Assembly (NCBI GenBank): GCA_013265495.1
Contig: MU058000.1
Span: forward strand, 2,108,001 to 2,172,000
Source of the DNA: Vicugna vicugna
Taxonomy: Eukaryota
DNA length: 64,000 bases
Reading direction: 5' to 3'
Shown: positions 37,690-51,220 of the stretch, piece after piece
Layout of the letters: every line of letters begins with the position of its first letter
How positions within the stretch are numbered: position 1 is the first letter of the stretch
Made by a program: the position numbers and the translations under genes
Notes under the pieces: model-generated
The model's input: the letters and a program-made list of their open reading frames with translations, nothing else
Databases searched by the model: none
Told to the model about the DNA's origin: nothing

Positions 37690-38316
37690 TTAATTGAGGC
37701 TCCTGACAAATGACACCCAGCTTTATTTGTGACAATTGCCGGAGGGATAGTCTGCACAATGCATTTTGATAGCTCTTAATAACTGACAAATGTGGTGCTG
37801 AGTTGAGTTTACATATCACACCTGGCGCAGCAAACCCACACAGCTGTTAACAGGTGTGAACACTTGTTTACCTGTGGTACTGGCGTTTGCTCATTTGAGT
37901 CAGCTTCCCAGGTTTACTGCTGCTGCTAAATGAGTCAGACTTACCCCCATAGCAGTGTTCACGTGCTTTCCAGCACTGCTGAGTTAAGAAGAAAGTAGTA
38001 TGATTGAAGTGTCCTTCTTGCAGTTCATCTCGGTTTGACCTTCCCAAGATTGGGAGCTTGGTTTCCTGGGCACATACCTGTTTGCTCTGGGGTTTCTGCC
38101 AAAGAAGAGAGTCTGCCATCCCAGCAGTGCATTTACAATGATCAGACCTTGCTGGAGGGAAATATTCATGAATTGGAAAACTGCCTGAATTCATCCAGGA
38201 AGAACGTTCAGAGAATGGAAACAAAGGGGACTTTTTTCCTGGGAGCATTTTTGAGCATGCTATGGTTTACACTCTTCTGGCAAGGTTCAAAATCGATAGT
38301 CTCTCCCTGGGTAAGT
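37690..38316 (+). promoter_or_regulatory. Candidate enhancer/promoter with putative first exon ending at 38310
   Basis: AP-1 TGAGTCA 37896 and 37931; RUNX TGTGGT 37791 and 37873; E-boxes 37819, 37841, 37851, 37960; donor TGG|GTAAGT at 38310/38311. Confidence 0.45.
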
Positions 38317-39895
38317 CTTTTCTTTGCAACCGCCCTACCTCTACACCCTGGAGGATCAGGATTTCATGTTGGTTATAAGTTAAACTTAACCTAAGCTTTT
38401 AGGGAAAAAATATACTCAAAGTGCTTTTGATACTAATTCCTGTAGCTGTGCTAAAATGTTGTAGGCATTGAGACGATTTGACAGTATTTGGGTTCTCTTT
38501 GACAACCGACACAGCCAGTATGTGCTTCTCTTCTATTGCTAAAGAGGTTTTCCAAGGCTTGAATGTGACTTGTAGTTGGTAAAGATTTCAGTGTACAAAG
38601 ATGGAATGCTGATACTAAACTGATCTGTCCTCATTTGCAGGGAGGATCCACAATGGGCTCAAATGGAATTAGGTTTGTGAAGTTGAGAGGGATGAAGGGG
38701 TCAGGGGAGCAGAGTGCAACCTCTTCATTAAGGCATAATTGAGGAGCAAGGAGCAGGGCAGAGTGAGAACACGTGGCTGAGGACACACACCCTGCACATG
38801 ACAATCTTCTGTACATTACATTTAATCATATAGGTTTCACTAAAGCCAAAGAATGTTTCCCCATCAAGCAAAAAAATATATAAAATAATTTTATCCATAT
38901 GACTAAGGATAATTGTTATGAACAATTGAATCAGATGATGATTTGGCAAACTGGAGATGTCTTCTATTGCAAAAAAAAAAAAAAAACATAAAAAGTTGGC
39001 TACATGAAGAGGGAGACCCTGATAGGGAACCAGATTTTCTTAACCAAATTATATCAAGGCTAATTCTTTCTGAGGAATGTTTACTAATCCTTTATGCAGT
39101 GTTATTTTCCAGTGTTATTAGACCACCATAGATGATTAAGAGGATCAAATGTTAGAACTGATTTTTTAAAAGAACAGTCATTTGCTTTTGTTCTGAAGCC
39201 AAATTTAGCATCCTTTCATGTTCTTTATAATTAGTTTCTTGGCTCAGATTATAGCATCCTCTCCCCTGAATGTGTCAGATGCTGGTGTCACTGTGAAAGA
39301 GACAGGCAGGCCTCCGCTTGAACAAACTATACTTGGTGATGGCAGGCTTCTAGGAAAGAAGCCACGTTGTAGGTTGACTCTATTAATTGCAAAATTCCTT
39401 ACAAAGTTATTTCTCCTTTGTCTCTCAGTTAATGTTGGAGTTACGGTATAAACCAGTCCCACTTATTACATTGTCAACAGAGCACCCTGTTTTTTTCTTA
39501 AATTGACTACATTTTCGGTGAGTAGTTGAGCAATGTCTGACACCCCAGTGTGGCTTTTCCAGGTACTAATTAATCCTTGTTGGAACGCAACTTAGAAAGA
39601 TCCCAGGGGTGTTGGTTTAGATTCTGTTTAGCACCTGAAAATTAGATTGGTTTGTAGAAATATAGAACTTTCAAGCCACAGAACACCTGTATATTGCACA
39701 GTATGTGCATTTGTTGTGTTGATTTGCCAATATATATCTTTCTGAATCTTCCACTGAATTTTTTCCCTTGTTATCGAAGGAAGAATAATGGTAGAATTTA
39801 AGCATATTTCTCTAGTTTAATCTAGAATTTAGGAACCAAAATATAGAATACACCTGAATACATAAAAGAAAACCTTTGATGTTAAAGAAAATTTT

Positions 39896-39969
39896 ACATA
39901 TGTATGTATATATGTATGTACATATACATGTATGTGTGTATGTGTGTGTGTGTGTGTATATATATATAT
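39896..39969. repeat. Compound (TATG)/(TG)/(TA) microsatellite
   Basis: Direct observation. Confidence 0.9.
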
Positions 39970-40839
39970 TATGTTTCCTCTGGTTTCAAAAGAGAAAGAT
40001 CATTTATATTAAAGTAAAATGCAGAGTTGGATAAGGTTTTACCCACTAAGAGAATAAGAAGGGTGAGTCCCTATGGCACTTACCTTTCCATAAGAGTTCA
40101 CTCAGTTTAACTTCAGTCACTAACGCTGCGCTTGCCTCTTCTTACTTCTGTTTAAACATCAACCTAATTATTCTTACCAACTTCTTTTTAAATCATCTGA
40201 TGAAGCCAAGATTTCAGCAAAACTCTCATCTTGTTATCACCTAATATGGGTTCCCATCCTTCAAGATTCTATTTATCATACTTCTTGCTTCCTGGGGACA
40301 GATCGCTGACTGTTCTGGACCCAGACACAAAGAGTGCGAGGAAGCCCATTGAGTTTCGGTGTGCATCTGCTCCCTCCAGTTCTAGATCAATTTCCAGCTG
40401 AGGAAAAGATCTCATCTGCATTGTACTGGGAATAAAGAAAATTAATAAATCGTCTCTTGAGCTGAGATGGCTGGCCCCTAAAAATGAGGGAAGTAAATTT
40501 ATTAGAGAACTTTTTCATTAGGGCACTACTTCAATCATAAAATAAGCATAAAGGAATTATGCAGATGTGCCAAAATAATATCATGCATGCAAGCATTCAG
40601 TCAATTCCAGGTCCCTCTGAAGAGAACATGAGATCGGACTCATAGGAAGAAAACATAAAGAAAGACATTTAGAATTAATGTATAGAAGCTAGACTGATTA
40701 CCCGATTTATGGCCGCATTAAGTAAGCACAATCCTAGCCAACTTTAAATTAGATCATTCTTAAGGGAGGACTTAGCTGAACTGTCTGATAGAACATGAAC
40801 AAACAATTCGGAAAATATGTATTTTATCTGTAAACATTA

Positions 40840-41020
40840 CTCATTTATTAAGAGATTACTACATATCAGACAAAATTCTAATCATTTATGTGTATTATCC
40901 TAATTTTATTTACTTAATAACCTTGTAAGAGAGATCCTATTATTATTCCCATTTTACAGATCAAGAAACTTAATTACAAAAAGGTTAGTCAGTTTGTCCC
41001 AGATTACGAAGCTGTTAAGA
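40840..41020 (-). mobile_element. MIR SINE
   Basis: tattattccccattttacagatcaagaaact...aggttagtcagtttgtcccagattac. Confidence 0.8.
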
Positions 41021-42010
41021 GCACATGTTTTTAATATTTACAGATTTTCAGAATATCAAGCCTAGGACATATTTTAGACTTTATTTTTCCACATTACTCA
41101 AACTTCTACAAATTACACAAAACTGAGCCTCACATGTTAATGACTTGCCCATGGTCAAATAAGACTCTACCTTCCGGCTCCTAGCTCAAAGTGACATCTT
41201 CCCAACTTGACTTTACTAATTTACCTGTCCACCTGGGTCAATGTTGTGATATTTCACAGTTTGGATTATCCCTTATTGAGACACATACATTCTCTCTCCT
41301 CCCAAAGTCAAGTTTATAATGGTATTTTCTATGGATATTTTTAGAAAAGATAATTCTATGACTAATAATCTTTTCTTCCAATTTGAGCAAATGAACCTCA
41401 TTATGTGAATGAGTCACAGTTTGCAAGGACTAACACTGCTTGAAACTCTAACTCCTGTTTCTCTTGAAATTTTCATGCAAAAGAATTAAGACCTTAAATG
41501 ACCGCTCTGTATTAGCCTGGCCCTTCTCCTCACTTCACCCATAAAATCTCCAGCATTTGAACCTTTCTCTTCCAAATGTCTGCAGGTTTCAGACAGGCCT
41601 GCCTTAGTAATGGCTTACAATCAGATACAATAAATTAAATATTACTAACTGATGAATAAAAAGGCCCAGGATATCAGTATTATCTTTTGCCCACTTGAAG
41701 TTAAAATTTCAGTAACACTTTTCCTCTTAGACTAAATGGAAGGAAAAAATGCTTGAGCAAGTATTCTCCAAAGTTAATATGAGTAGTATTTTACTGCATC
41801 CTTATTTTTTCCCTTTTACTTAATCCTTCCACTAAGAAATCTCAGAGCTTTCAAATAAATTTTATGTTTGATGTATGATGTCATCTACTGATGATTATGA
41901 GAAATATGTATCTTTCTTAACATCATATATACTTATTCAGAACTAATGAAATCAATTACTTACTAATTTAGTAACTAAATGATTCATTTTTTTTCTTTCT
42001 CACAGGATAC

Positions 42011-42390
42011 TGTATTAGTCAGGAAGGGTTGGATTTTGCTGATGTAACAAATTAACCCCCAAATCTCATTATATTCTTACCACAAATCTAAAGCATGTTT
42101 TGGGAGTGGAGAGTGGCTCTGTTCCATACAGACACTCAGGAACTTGGGCTGATGGGAAGTTTACCATCTAGGCTACCACCAGCATGTGGCTTCTAGAATT
42201 GCTACAGCAGGAGAAGAGAAAATGAGGGAAATGCTCACCCACTGTAAATGAGCTCAGGCTGAAAGCAACGTACAGTACTTCTACTCACAGCCCATTGGCT
42301 AGAGTGACTCACGTGGTCTCAAGATACCTACGAGGAAGACTGAAGGGTAGGGAGAAGTATATGAGCTATTTAGCACACAGCAGAGTCATT
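42011..42390 (-). mobile_element. MaLR LTR (MLT1I/J-like)
   Basis: tgtattagtcagg...tgctgatgtaacaaattaacccccaaatctca...acttctactcacagcccattggctagagt. Confidence 0.75.
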
Positions 42391-42419
42391 TCCATTGGTG
42401 ATTCCACTGGTAATGGCCA

Positions 42420-42640
42420 AAGTATGGACTTTGCAGCCTGACCTATTTAGTTAGAGTGTTATCAGAGCTCTGCTGTTTACCTACCTGGGTAAATTTCATA
42501 ACCCACATGTCTCATACTCAAAAATGAATAATCATTTTATGTACTTCATAGGGCTTCTGTGATCTTTAATGGAATGATGCACATAGGGTGGTTATTGCAG
42601 AATCTGTCACAGAATAAGAGCTCAGTAATATTAATTAATT
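42420..42640 (+). mobile_element. MIR SINE
   Basis: ggactttgcagcctgacc...ctgggtaaattt...aaaatgaataat...cttcatagggcttctgtg...gagctcagtaata. Confidence 0.6.
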
Positions 42641-45600
42641 AAAAAAGTCACTTGACAAGTATTTATGACCAACCACTAGGGAGTTAAGGACTTGGGGAGG
42701 AAAACAAAGGAAACATGGCACCTGCCTTCTTGGAAATCTTGGTATATGAGAGAAGAAAGACATTTCTAGAGATTTAAAACTTGTATTTGAGTACTCATTT
42801 TGCTCCCGTAACATCTGAAGTTTTCCTATCAGAAGAACAAGAAGAAAATGTGAGCCTGCTTCAAAGGGAGAAAATAACAAACCAAAACAAAAGCTCCTTA
42901 AGCAGATTTAAGAGAACAACAGGCTCTGAAATGAGGATTCTCATTCTCAGAAAAAAATCATAAGTAAATTTCATAAAATTGAAGATATGAAAGGTTCCCC
43001 CCTTTCTGTAACAGAAATAGGTTTATGTGGGGAATGTGAGTGTCAGGTGGTATTCATGGGTACACTTTATAACAAAGAGCTATCTCATTTGTAGAATTGT
43101 CAAATATGTTTGTCTCACATGCTAATAAATTGCATAGTAATTCATAATAAAATTTAGTACCTTTAGAGATCTGGTTATAATCATGGGGTGTGTTTTTCTC
43201 ATTATATTTCAAGGCTGATCTATTGACCCTGAGCTAAACACCCCATCCTAAAAAAGTTAACCAAAACAAGAACATAATAATAATGAGCAAAAATACAGTG
43301 AAAGAAAGAACAAGAGTTCTGAAACTGATGTTTTCGAAGGCTATAGATTGAGTTATATCAACTTTATAATTAGCCTTTAGAAGAAAATCCAGGTCAAAAT
43401 TTAGTTCGATTAACCTCTTGAGTGTCTCATTAATCAAAACTTGCTTAAAGTGATTTTCTTAATTCTCAGCACAATGTGATGTGAAATACTCTATGTTTAT
43501 AAATCTCCACTGTTTGCTATAATGGTGTTATAGCAGATTTTTGTTTGTTTCTGCCTTCATTTCTATTTATGTGGTTGGTTGTGGTTTTGTTTATCTCTTT
43601 GCTTTATCTTTCAAAATGTTTATGAGGAAAGAGTCACCTGCCCACTTCATGGTGTATACCTTTCCGTTTACTAGTCCACTGCTTTAGGACATATGAGATA
43701 CATACAAAAAGTGAAGTTAGTTTAAATGTAAAATGTGTAAGTCATGGCAGACAAGCAGCTCAGAGATTTTATCAATGCTATTACAGTCACTGACAGATTT
43801 GAGAAAGGAAAAAAAAAAAATCAGATCTGGGCAGTTGGAATCTGCCCACCATTCTCCCCTAACATATATTCAGTTAGATATGACTGAAACAGTAATTGCA
43901 GAACTTTCTCAATCTGTCCATCACTTTACTCAACAGTAGCCACAAGGATAAAAATGACACATCTATAGGTCATGATAATTTTAAAGGAAAATGTGTTATG
44001 GTGCATTGTGGGTAAAATATGCAAATTATCAAGACAGCAGAGATAATTAAATTTTCTCAAATCAGAATAAAATGACCTTCTTTGATTGAACCCCCTTTTC
44101 GGTAGAGACACAAATTCACTGAACTCATTGTTATAAGAGCATGCCTTGTAATAAAGTCAAGCTTGACAGATGTGGAGATTAAGAAGCCTGAGGATTTATA
44201 ATAAGAAAAAAATGAACAAATAAATTGAGGCAAAGAAGATGCTAGATTCATGATATATGCCACCTTTTCCTCTATATTACTACAGTTGTTTTGGTAATTC
44301 ATTGATGCTGTTAATTAAATCTAGCACAGTATAAAAGTAAGCAAAATTGGTCCGAAGAAACAATAATGCTTATTTACCAGAGGTGGACGTGTGATAATAT
44401 GTACACTTTTAATGAAAATAGATGAGCATTTTTTTTTATTTGCAATTTACATTTTCACTGTGAACTGACACCTAGCAAAATGTCTGGAAATTCAGAAGGA
44501 CTCAATTAATAGTTGTAGAATCAATGACTAATTAAAAAAATAAAAATGAATTATTATTATATATTGATTTTATTTCTCATTCCAGACTCAATGTAAACAT
44601 GTATGCAGTATTAGTACCAACTAGTGCCATCCAAATTCGTATTTTTCTTTAAACTAGATAGATTTGTCAGTAAATAATTGTGCTTGGATGGATCTTTAAA
44701 GATTTGAAATCTTACTTGGTCACATGTGCATACTAAATATTTTAAAGTCAGTCATCTGCATACCTTGTCTGTTGTACTGATTTCTCTTGAAGTTATACCT
44801 GGAGGTGGTATGTGTGTCTGTGTGTGTGTGCATTCACATGCTTATATGAATGCATCATTTTCCTGACTGGACGTCTTTTGACTTGACAAACCTTGTTTTG
44901 TCAGCTGGGCAATCCAACCTGAACTGTAATCAGTTAATTAATTTAGCTTTTAATGTTAGCAATATGACTATGAAATGAGCTTTGGGTTATAAATCAGTGT
45001 TCAGAATTACCAATTAGAGGATCTGTGACTAGGAGACATGGCCCTTGTTTTTCTTGTCAAAAATAAGGACGGCATCTGTATTTACCCTCAGTACTATCCA
45101 CAGCTATTCTGAGATGCAAAGACACTTTAGGCTCGAAAGGGTTGTAAGATATATGAGAAATTCTCTATATTAGCCATTAAGATTTCATTGAGCTTATCTG
45201 AAAAACAATTCTACTGGACCTAAGAAAATGTCTAGTTCTATATCCAGTGCTTTGCCAGTGAAGATATAGAGGAAAGGCACTGTAATGGCTGCAGTACAGA
45301 GAGGAGGGTCTTCCTCTGTCCCCCACATTTGGTGATAGCCGCGACTTGCCAAACCTCTTTTTCCTTTTGGCCACCTCTTCCCAAAAGTATGTATTCTAGG
45401 TAACTCTTCCTAAATTTAAAAAAGGAAATTCTAGGGGAGAAAAAACCCTCAAAACTCAATAATGCAAATTAAATGTCAAGACAAACCAAGAAATGACCAG
45501 GAGACGAGTCTGCTTACTATTGTTTTGTTTGTTTGTTTTGTACACACTTTCATTTCCTTTTCTACAGATATTATGGCTTTGAAGCTGTGGTCCTGAGTAG

Positions 45601-46779
45601 TTTATCTCTATGTGCACTGTGCGCTCCCACTTTATTTTAGCCTCAAAGAGCTCACTTTTCTCTAGACTCAATCCTCAGCCCCTTGGCCAGGAGTTAACAC
45701 TAAATTTCATAGTCGGTAGAATTCCAGTTTAGCTGGAAATCCCTTGACATGGTACACAGACATCATTAGAATTAGCCTTTTCCTAGTTTTCCAACGTAAC
45801 AACGTGCTAAATACCTCCTCCCTGTACATCTTTAGTATGTTCCTCACTTTCTCATGGACATGCCCTTCTCTTAGGCTAGTTTCTTTTTCCTTCTCCAGAC
45901 TCCATCATATGATGCTTAGTTAACATTTCTTATTGAAACTGCATTTCATTTTTATCCTGCTCTCCTTTTAATTCACTCTAATGTACCCACTTTGCCCCAA
46001 TCATATTTTATCCTAATTTCCTGTCCCTTTCTACTGATCTGTGTTGCAAATTCCCAACTATTTCCTGCCTGAGTGCAGCCTAATTTAATTCAGTTCTGTC
46101 TGATTTGATTTTGAGCTTCAGTGTATTCTTTTGATGAAGTTTATGACATTGTATTATAAAGAAAAGGAACTACCTAATGTGCGAATTAGTACAAAGAAAC
46201 TAATTCCATTTCTTTCTTTTTAAGGTGTTAACACACAGCTAGTCCTGGATAGTATTTTTATAAAGGTATTTTAATGAGTGTAAATTAGATACCTATTTTT
46301 ACCTTTGATATTGGTAATTTAAAAATACATATAATTTCTTGAGGGCAAAGACCACATATTATCTTTATAGCCTCAATAATGTAAATTAATTAGATGATCA
46401 GACAATTCTTATATTCCATCTTTAACATATCTTGGATAATTGGATCTATCTTCTTTGCTTAGCTGAGTCATGATGATTTTATAAACTTATCAATCTTGAT
46501 AAACAATGGATTCTACCTAATCAATTCCATTATTTATGCATTCTCTTATGCCAGGCATTTTTCTAAGCTCTTGTATAAAAATGATCAGTTGTTTACCATT
46601 TTCCTGTTCTGTTTGACTTCTACATTCCCCACCTAACCTTACCATGTGACTAACTTACAGCAATTAGAATGTTGTTGAAAGTGATAGACCCATTGCTAAG
46701 ACCCTGCCCTTAAAAGTCTCCAGTTCAGTTCTCCATATTACTCTTTCTCCTCATTTTTATCGGTGATATTCAGAATAAA

Positions 46780-46976
46780 GGGTGAACCTTAAGACCTGAG
46801 TGATGGCAGAATCATTAAATGGAAGGGACCTGGATCCCCGGATGACTGTATAGAGCAGATTCACCCCACTTCCCTACCTGCATTGGACTATACTGTGAAT
46901 GAGAAGTAAACCTGTCCTGTGTTAAGCCACTGAGATGTCTGGGTGATTTGTAAGAGCAGTCGGTTACTCTAAACAC
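46780..46976 (+). mobile_element. MaLR LTR 3' part (MLT1J-like)
   Basis: gatggcagaa...ggaagggacctggatcccc.gatgact...gagaagtaaacc...gttaagccactgagat. Confidence 0.7.
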
Positions 46977-47381
46977 AGCACTTAACTATATTAAACCGTT
47001 TAACTATCACAGCAAGACTATGAGGGAGGATTAGATTTCGGGAAAGCTGAGGAATCCTGAGGGGACTTGAGTGCACTAACGTTAAATAGAAGCAAGTGAA
47101 GCATCCACACTGTAGAGGGACTGGTATCTCCTTCCGCATTTCTGGACTATGCCATTTATGAATCACAGAAGGCGTGACCAAAAAAAGTTGAAACTCTATA
47201 AAGTAGCCCTGTAGTGGGGAAAGAGTCCCAGGTTTGCCGTCAGAAAGACCTCGGGTTAAACATGGACTCTTACTTCTTAATCCTGTGATTTTTTGAGAGT
47301 TACTTAATCTCTCTCATTTGTAAAAGCATAACAACTTTGACCCATAAAGACTGTTGTATTAAAGAAAAAATTTTATATACA

Positions 47382-47586
47382 CACCTGCACCTTGCGCAAC
47401 ACAGGTTTGAACTATGTGCAGGTACCCTCGAGCGTAGATCTTTTTCAGTAGTAAACACTGCATCACTGCATCATCCATGGTTGGTTGAATGGGCTGATAC
47501 AGAGGGCTGACTCTAAGTTACACTCGGATTTTTAACTTTGAGGGGGGTCAGCACACCTAAACCCTGCATTGTTCAAGGGTAAACTG
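47382..47586 (+). mobile_element. Tigger2-derived MITE inserted in a MIR (~47200-47650)
   Basis: caacacaggtttgaact...ggattttt...cctaaaccctgcattgttcaagggtaaactg|ta; degenerate TIR cagttgacccttgaacaa. Confidence 0.75.
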
Positions 47587-47744
47587 TACATGAAAAAAAT
47601 GTCTCACGCCACCTGTCACATGGAAACACCCAACAAATGATCTTAGCTTTAAAGTGCTAGGTGTTAAGATACCTTAGGATGAAAATACTGGCTGAACATT
47701 AATGGTGAACTGAGGTCAGGCTATGCATTCTTTTTGAGAGACTA

Positions 47745-48210
47745 ATGTGGGTAAAATTGTGCCCTCCTCCCCATTCATATGTTGAAGTACTTACTAACTC
47801 CCAGTACCTCTGACTGTGACCTTATTTGAAGAGAGGTATACATTACAAATGCAATATGTTATATAAATTGTCTGTACTTTATATTAATACTTTGCAAGTC
47901 TTTACTATCTTAATTCTTTTGTTCAACCATTACATTTATAAGCCCCATTCATACCACTGCATGTGTTTGTAGATTGCTCATTCCCAGTGCTGTATGATAC
48001 TCCCCTACACATGTATATCGTATTTGATTGATCTGTTTCACTGTTGATGGAGATTTAGGTAGTCTCCTCCTTGGAGTTTTTTAAAAGTAATAATGCTGCT
48101 ATAAACATTCTAGTCCACTATTTGTGGAAACATATGTAAACATTTCTGAAGGCAGGCCGGACTTTCCATAATTTTAATTCTTCTAGATAATTCAAAGGAA
48201 TTTCCAAATA
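47745..48210. mobile_element. MLT1 5' fragment (+, to ~47850) followed by old L1ME 3' fragment (-)
   Basis: cccattcatatgttgaagt...ccagtacctc...gtgaccttatttg; then ctgttgatggagatttagg...atgctgctataaacattct. Confidence 0.65.
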
Positions 48211-48879
48211 TGGAAAATAAAATAAAATCTATCTTGACTACATATTTTCCCTATATCTATGCCTCATTCCTCTACCCCCATTATCAGAAGATATCTTAGA
48301 GAAAGTTATTTATACCCTTTTATTTTTTTCTTGAATCCTCTTCTAGCTTAAACAAAGGATTGGGTTGTCAAATTGAACTTACACAGGTTTTTCACTATGT
48401 CAAGCATCATATAATAATTTCAAGGATACAAGCAGTCAAGTAACACAGGTGAAGCAGAATGTCTTCCTATGTTCTTCGTTGTAACATTAGTTGTTCTCCC
48501 TGGCCCCAAAGAAGTGGTCTCTAATTGAAATAGACAGTTATCTCACACAACAGGAAAGATTTAGGTAATGAAACGTTTCCATTCTATACTCAGATAGTGA
48601 CTGAGCTTACATAATATTTTCCAGGAACCCAGGCCTCATAAATCTGTAAATCAATGATACTTGACTAGAATAATTCAATGGATAAGGACTCTCCTTCAAT
48701 ACCATAGGTTTATTTGCTACGAGGCTCTTAACGAATGTGATATAAGGAACAAAAACTGGAGTCACCTGTGTTTATTCTTCCCTGGAAATGTTACCTAGAT
48801 GAAGGCAGACGAACCAACCACAAGCCAGCTACTCAGTATCTCTCTTTCCATACTGCAAGGAGGTATTTATCCACATCTG

Positions 48880-51220
48880 TTTATTAAGGCCATCAATGAC
48901 ATCCATATTTTTTTTTAAGTTCAGTGGTCAGTTCTCAGTCCTTCTCCCACTTATTCAACAGCCGTTGACATAGATGATCCTCTAATTTACTCTGCTCACT
49001 TGGCTTCCACAGCCACATTTGTCTTTCTCTCACTGGCCATTCCTTTTTCTACTTTATGATTCCTTCCTATCTGTCGGCTGCCTTAAAATGAGAGTACACC
49101 AGAAGGCATCATCTTTGGAAATCTCTTTGGAAGATTCCCTTTTAATCTCACACAATCTCATGACTTTAAATCCCATCTATATGATGAAGACTCCAAATTT
49201 ACATCTTTCTTCTGGTAAAATTTATAAATACTATTGTATATTAATTAATTAATATTGTATACTTAAAGTGTATAACATGATGATCCAATATGCATACACA
49301 TTCTGAGATTACATTGTTCTTTCCCTGGATCTCCAGACTCATATATCCAGCTGCCTTTCTTGTCATCTCTCTTTGTACCTCAGTGACCGATGGAAGTTTA
49401 ATATGTCCAAAACTGAATTTCTCTTCCTATTTTCAAATGGTCTCCTCTCATTGTCTTCGCCATCTGAAAAGATGACAACTCGGTTCTTCCAGCAACTCAG
49501 GCTAAAACTATGGTGCTTCCTTTGTCTTCTTTCCTTCCCTTACACCCACACTCAGTCAGTCATCCTGTCCTCTTTAATCTATCATCAGCCTTTATAGAGA
49601 CTCAGACTACTTCTCCCATCTCCACTTTCAAAAGTAGACTTAACTTAAAAATAATAAAACTTAAACTTCATGGCCCCTCCTTTGTGCAGGACCTTTCTGT
49701 CCATCTGGGGATTCAGCAGACAGTAATCCAGCCGTGTGCTAGAAGCATAGAGTGCAGACTGCACTATAATACACTCCAGAGGTGGACCTGAGACTAGGAA
49801 TAAGGGGCAACATGTTGGCAGCACTACCTCTATAATTACCAAATCCAGAGCAACCTCTGCTTCTGGTTGACCTTGCTATCACTCATACCCAGGGGAAGGA
49901 TCTGACAGCACCATGGTTCTTTTATCTGCTGGATGACCACTCTGACCCAGGCTTATCCAGCCCTAAGAGACTAGCCCTGTGGTAGCAAAGGTGGTTGGAA
50001 GTAAGGAACCCCAGGAGGCAGAGATTAAGCCCGGATGAATGAGTGTTTGGGACAGTGGTTTTCTCCAGGGGTTGAGGGCAGGAGATTAAATAGGGCTGGA
50101 ACTTCAGAGGGCTTCCATCCATGAGCAGGCACAGCCTCAGCACGAACCACAGAGGAAGCTGTGAAATTGAAAGCTATTATTTACACTGTCAAAAATGAAA
50201 GACAAATTTTGTTCTAATTTTTGATTTTTCAGTGAGAGAATGATCTTTCTGGTCTCTCTACCATAAAATTGTTACATGAAGAGGTGATCAAGGAAAATGC
50301 TTTTAGACATGTAGAGAAAAAGCATCATAGAAGTATATCAAGCAGCTAATAATAATAATGATGATGATGATTTATAAATTCTAAGACTTTGAAGATGCCT
50401 GTGTTATTTATCAGCTTTTAAACATTTGTAACGTCTTATTGTGTGAGAGGGCCCCACAACACCCACATCTACTCCTAGGCATTGCTGACACCTTATTCCA
50501 GATGTCCATCAACCTCTAAACTGGATCAACTCAGGAGCCTCTGAGCCTCCCTGATTCGCCCTGGCCCCCTCTCCAGTTAATTCACAAAACAGCAGTCAGA
50601 GTGCTCGTTTTACACTGCAGTCCAGGCCATGGCCCTCTTCTGCTTGAAAACTGCCAACCACTTCCTGTCTCTCAGAGTCAAGGCCAAAGTCCTTCCACTG
50701 GCCTAAGTCGTGTCCCATTTAACTCTCTGATGTTGTCTGCCCTCTCTCTCCTCTTGCTCCTTCCACTTCACTCAGGTTGGTCTCTTTTCTGCTCTGAGAA
50801 TGAGACACTTTCCCGCCCTGAGAACTTGTTACGTGAATCCCTCTTCCTGGGAGACTCTCCCTAGTATCTCCCTCCATTCAGCCTCCCCTGGTCTCTCTAG
50901 GCTGCTTGTAAACAGCAGTGTCCCAGGGAGAACTCCCTGATCATCCTATTTAGAGTTGAGTCTTCACCTTACATAGGGACAGCTTCGCCTTCTCTGCTCT
51001 GTTTTTCTGCACACCATTATCATCTTCGAAAACACTCTAAAGTCAACTTACTTATTTCTTCGTTGTTCTTCTCCTCTCATTGCTCCATAAAGGCAGGGAT
51101 TTTTATCTGCTATGTTTACTACTATTCTCTCTTCCAGTATCTAGGCAATGCCTGGCACATAGTTGGCCCTCAGTAAGTGTTTTATTCATTCATGAATGAA
51201 TAAATGATTGAATGAATAAT
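48880..51220 (+). mobile_element. L2 LINE (fragmented, with 3' (TGAA)n tail), interrupted at ~49210-49310 and ~49630-50480
   Basis: ctccagactcatatatccagctgcc...atgtccaaaactgaatt; 3' end aggcagggattttt...gcctggcacatagttggccctcagtaag...tgaatgaataaatga. Confidence 0.75.
49630..50480 (+). mobile_element. hAT-Tip100 (Arthur1-like) element with unrelated internal insert ~49720-50165
   Basis: aaacttaaacttcatggcccctcctttgtgcaggacc at the left and ggccccacaacacccacatctactcct at the right resemble recalled Arthur1 ends. Confidence 0.45.

Noticed and set aside
40078..40090. Perfect minus-strand donor AAG|gtaagt
   Set aside because: No convincing paired acceptor or promoter; isolated donors are common by chance
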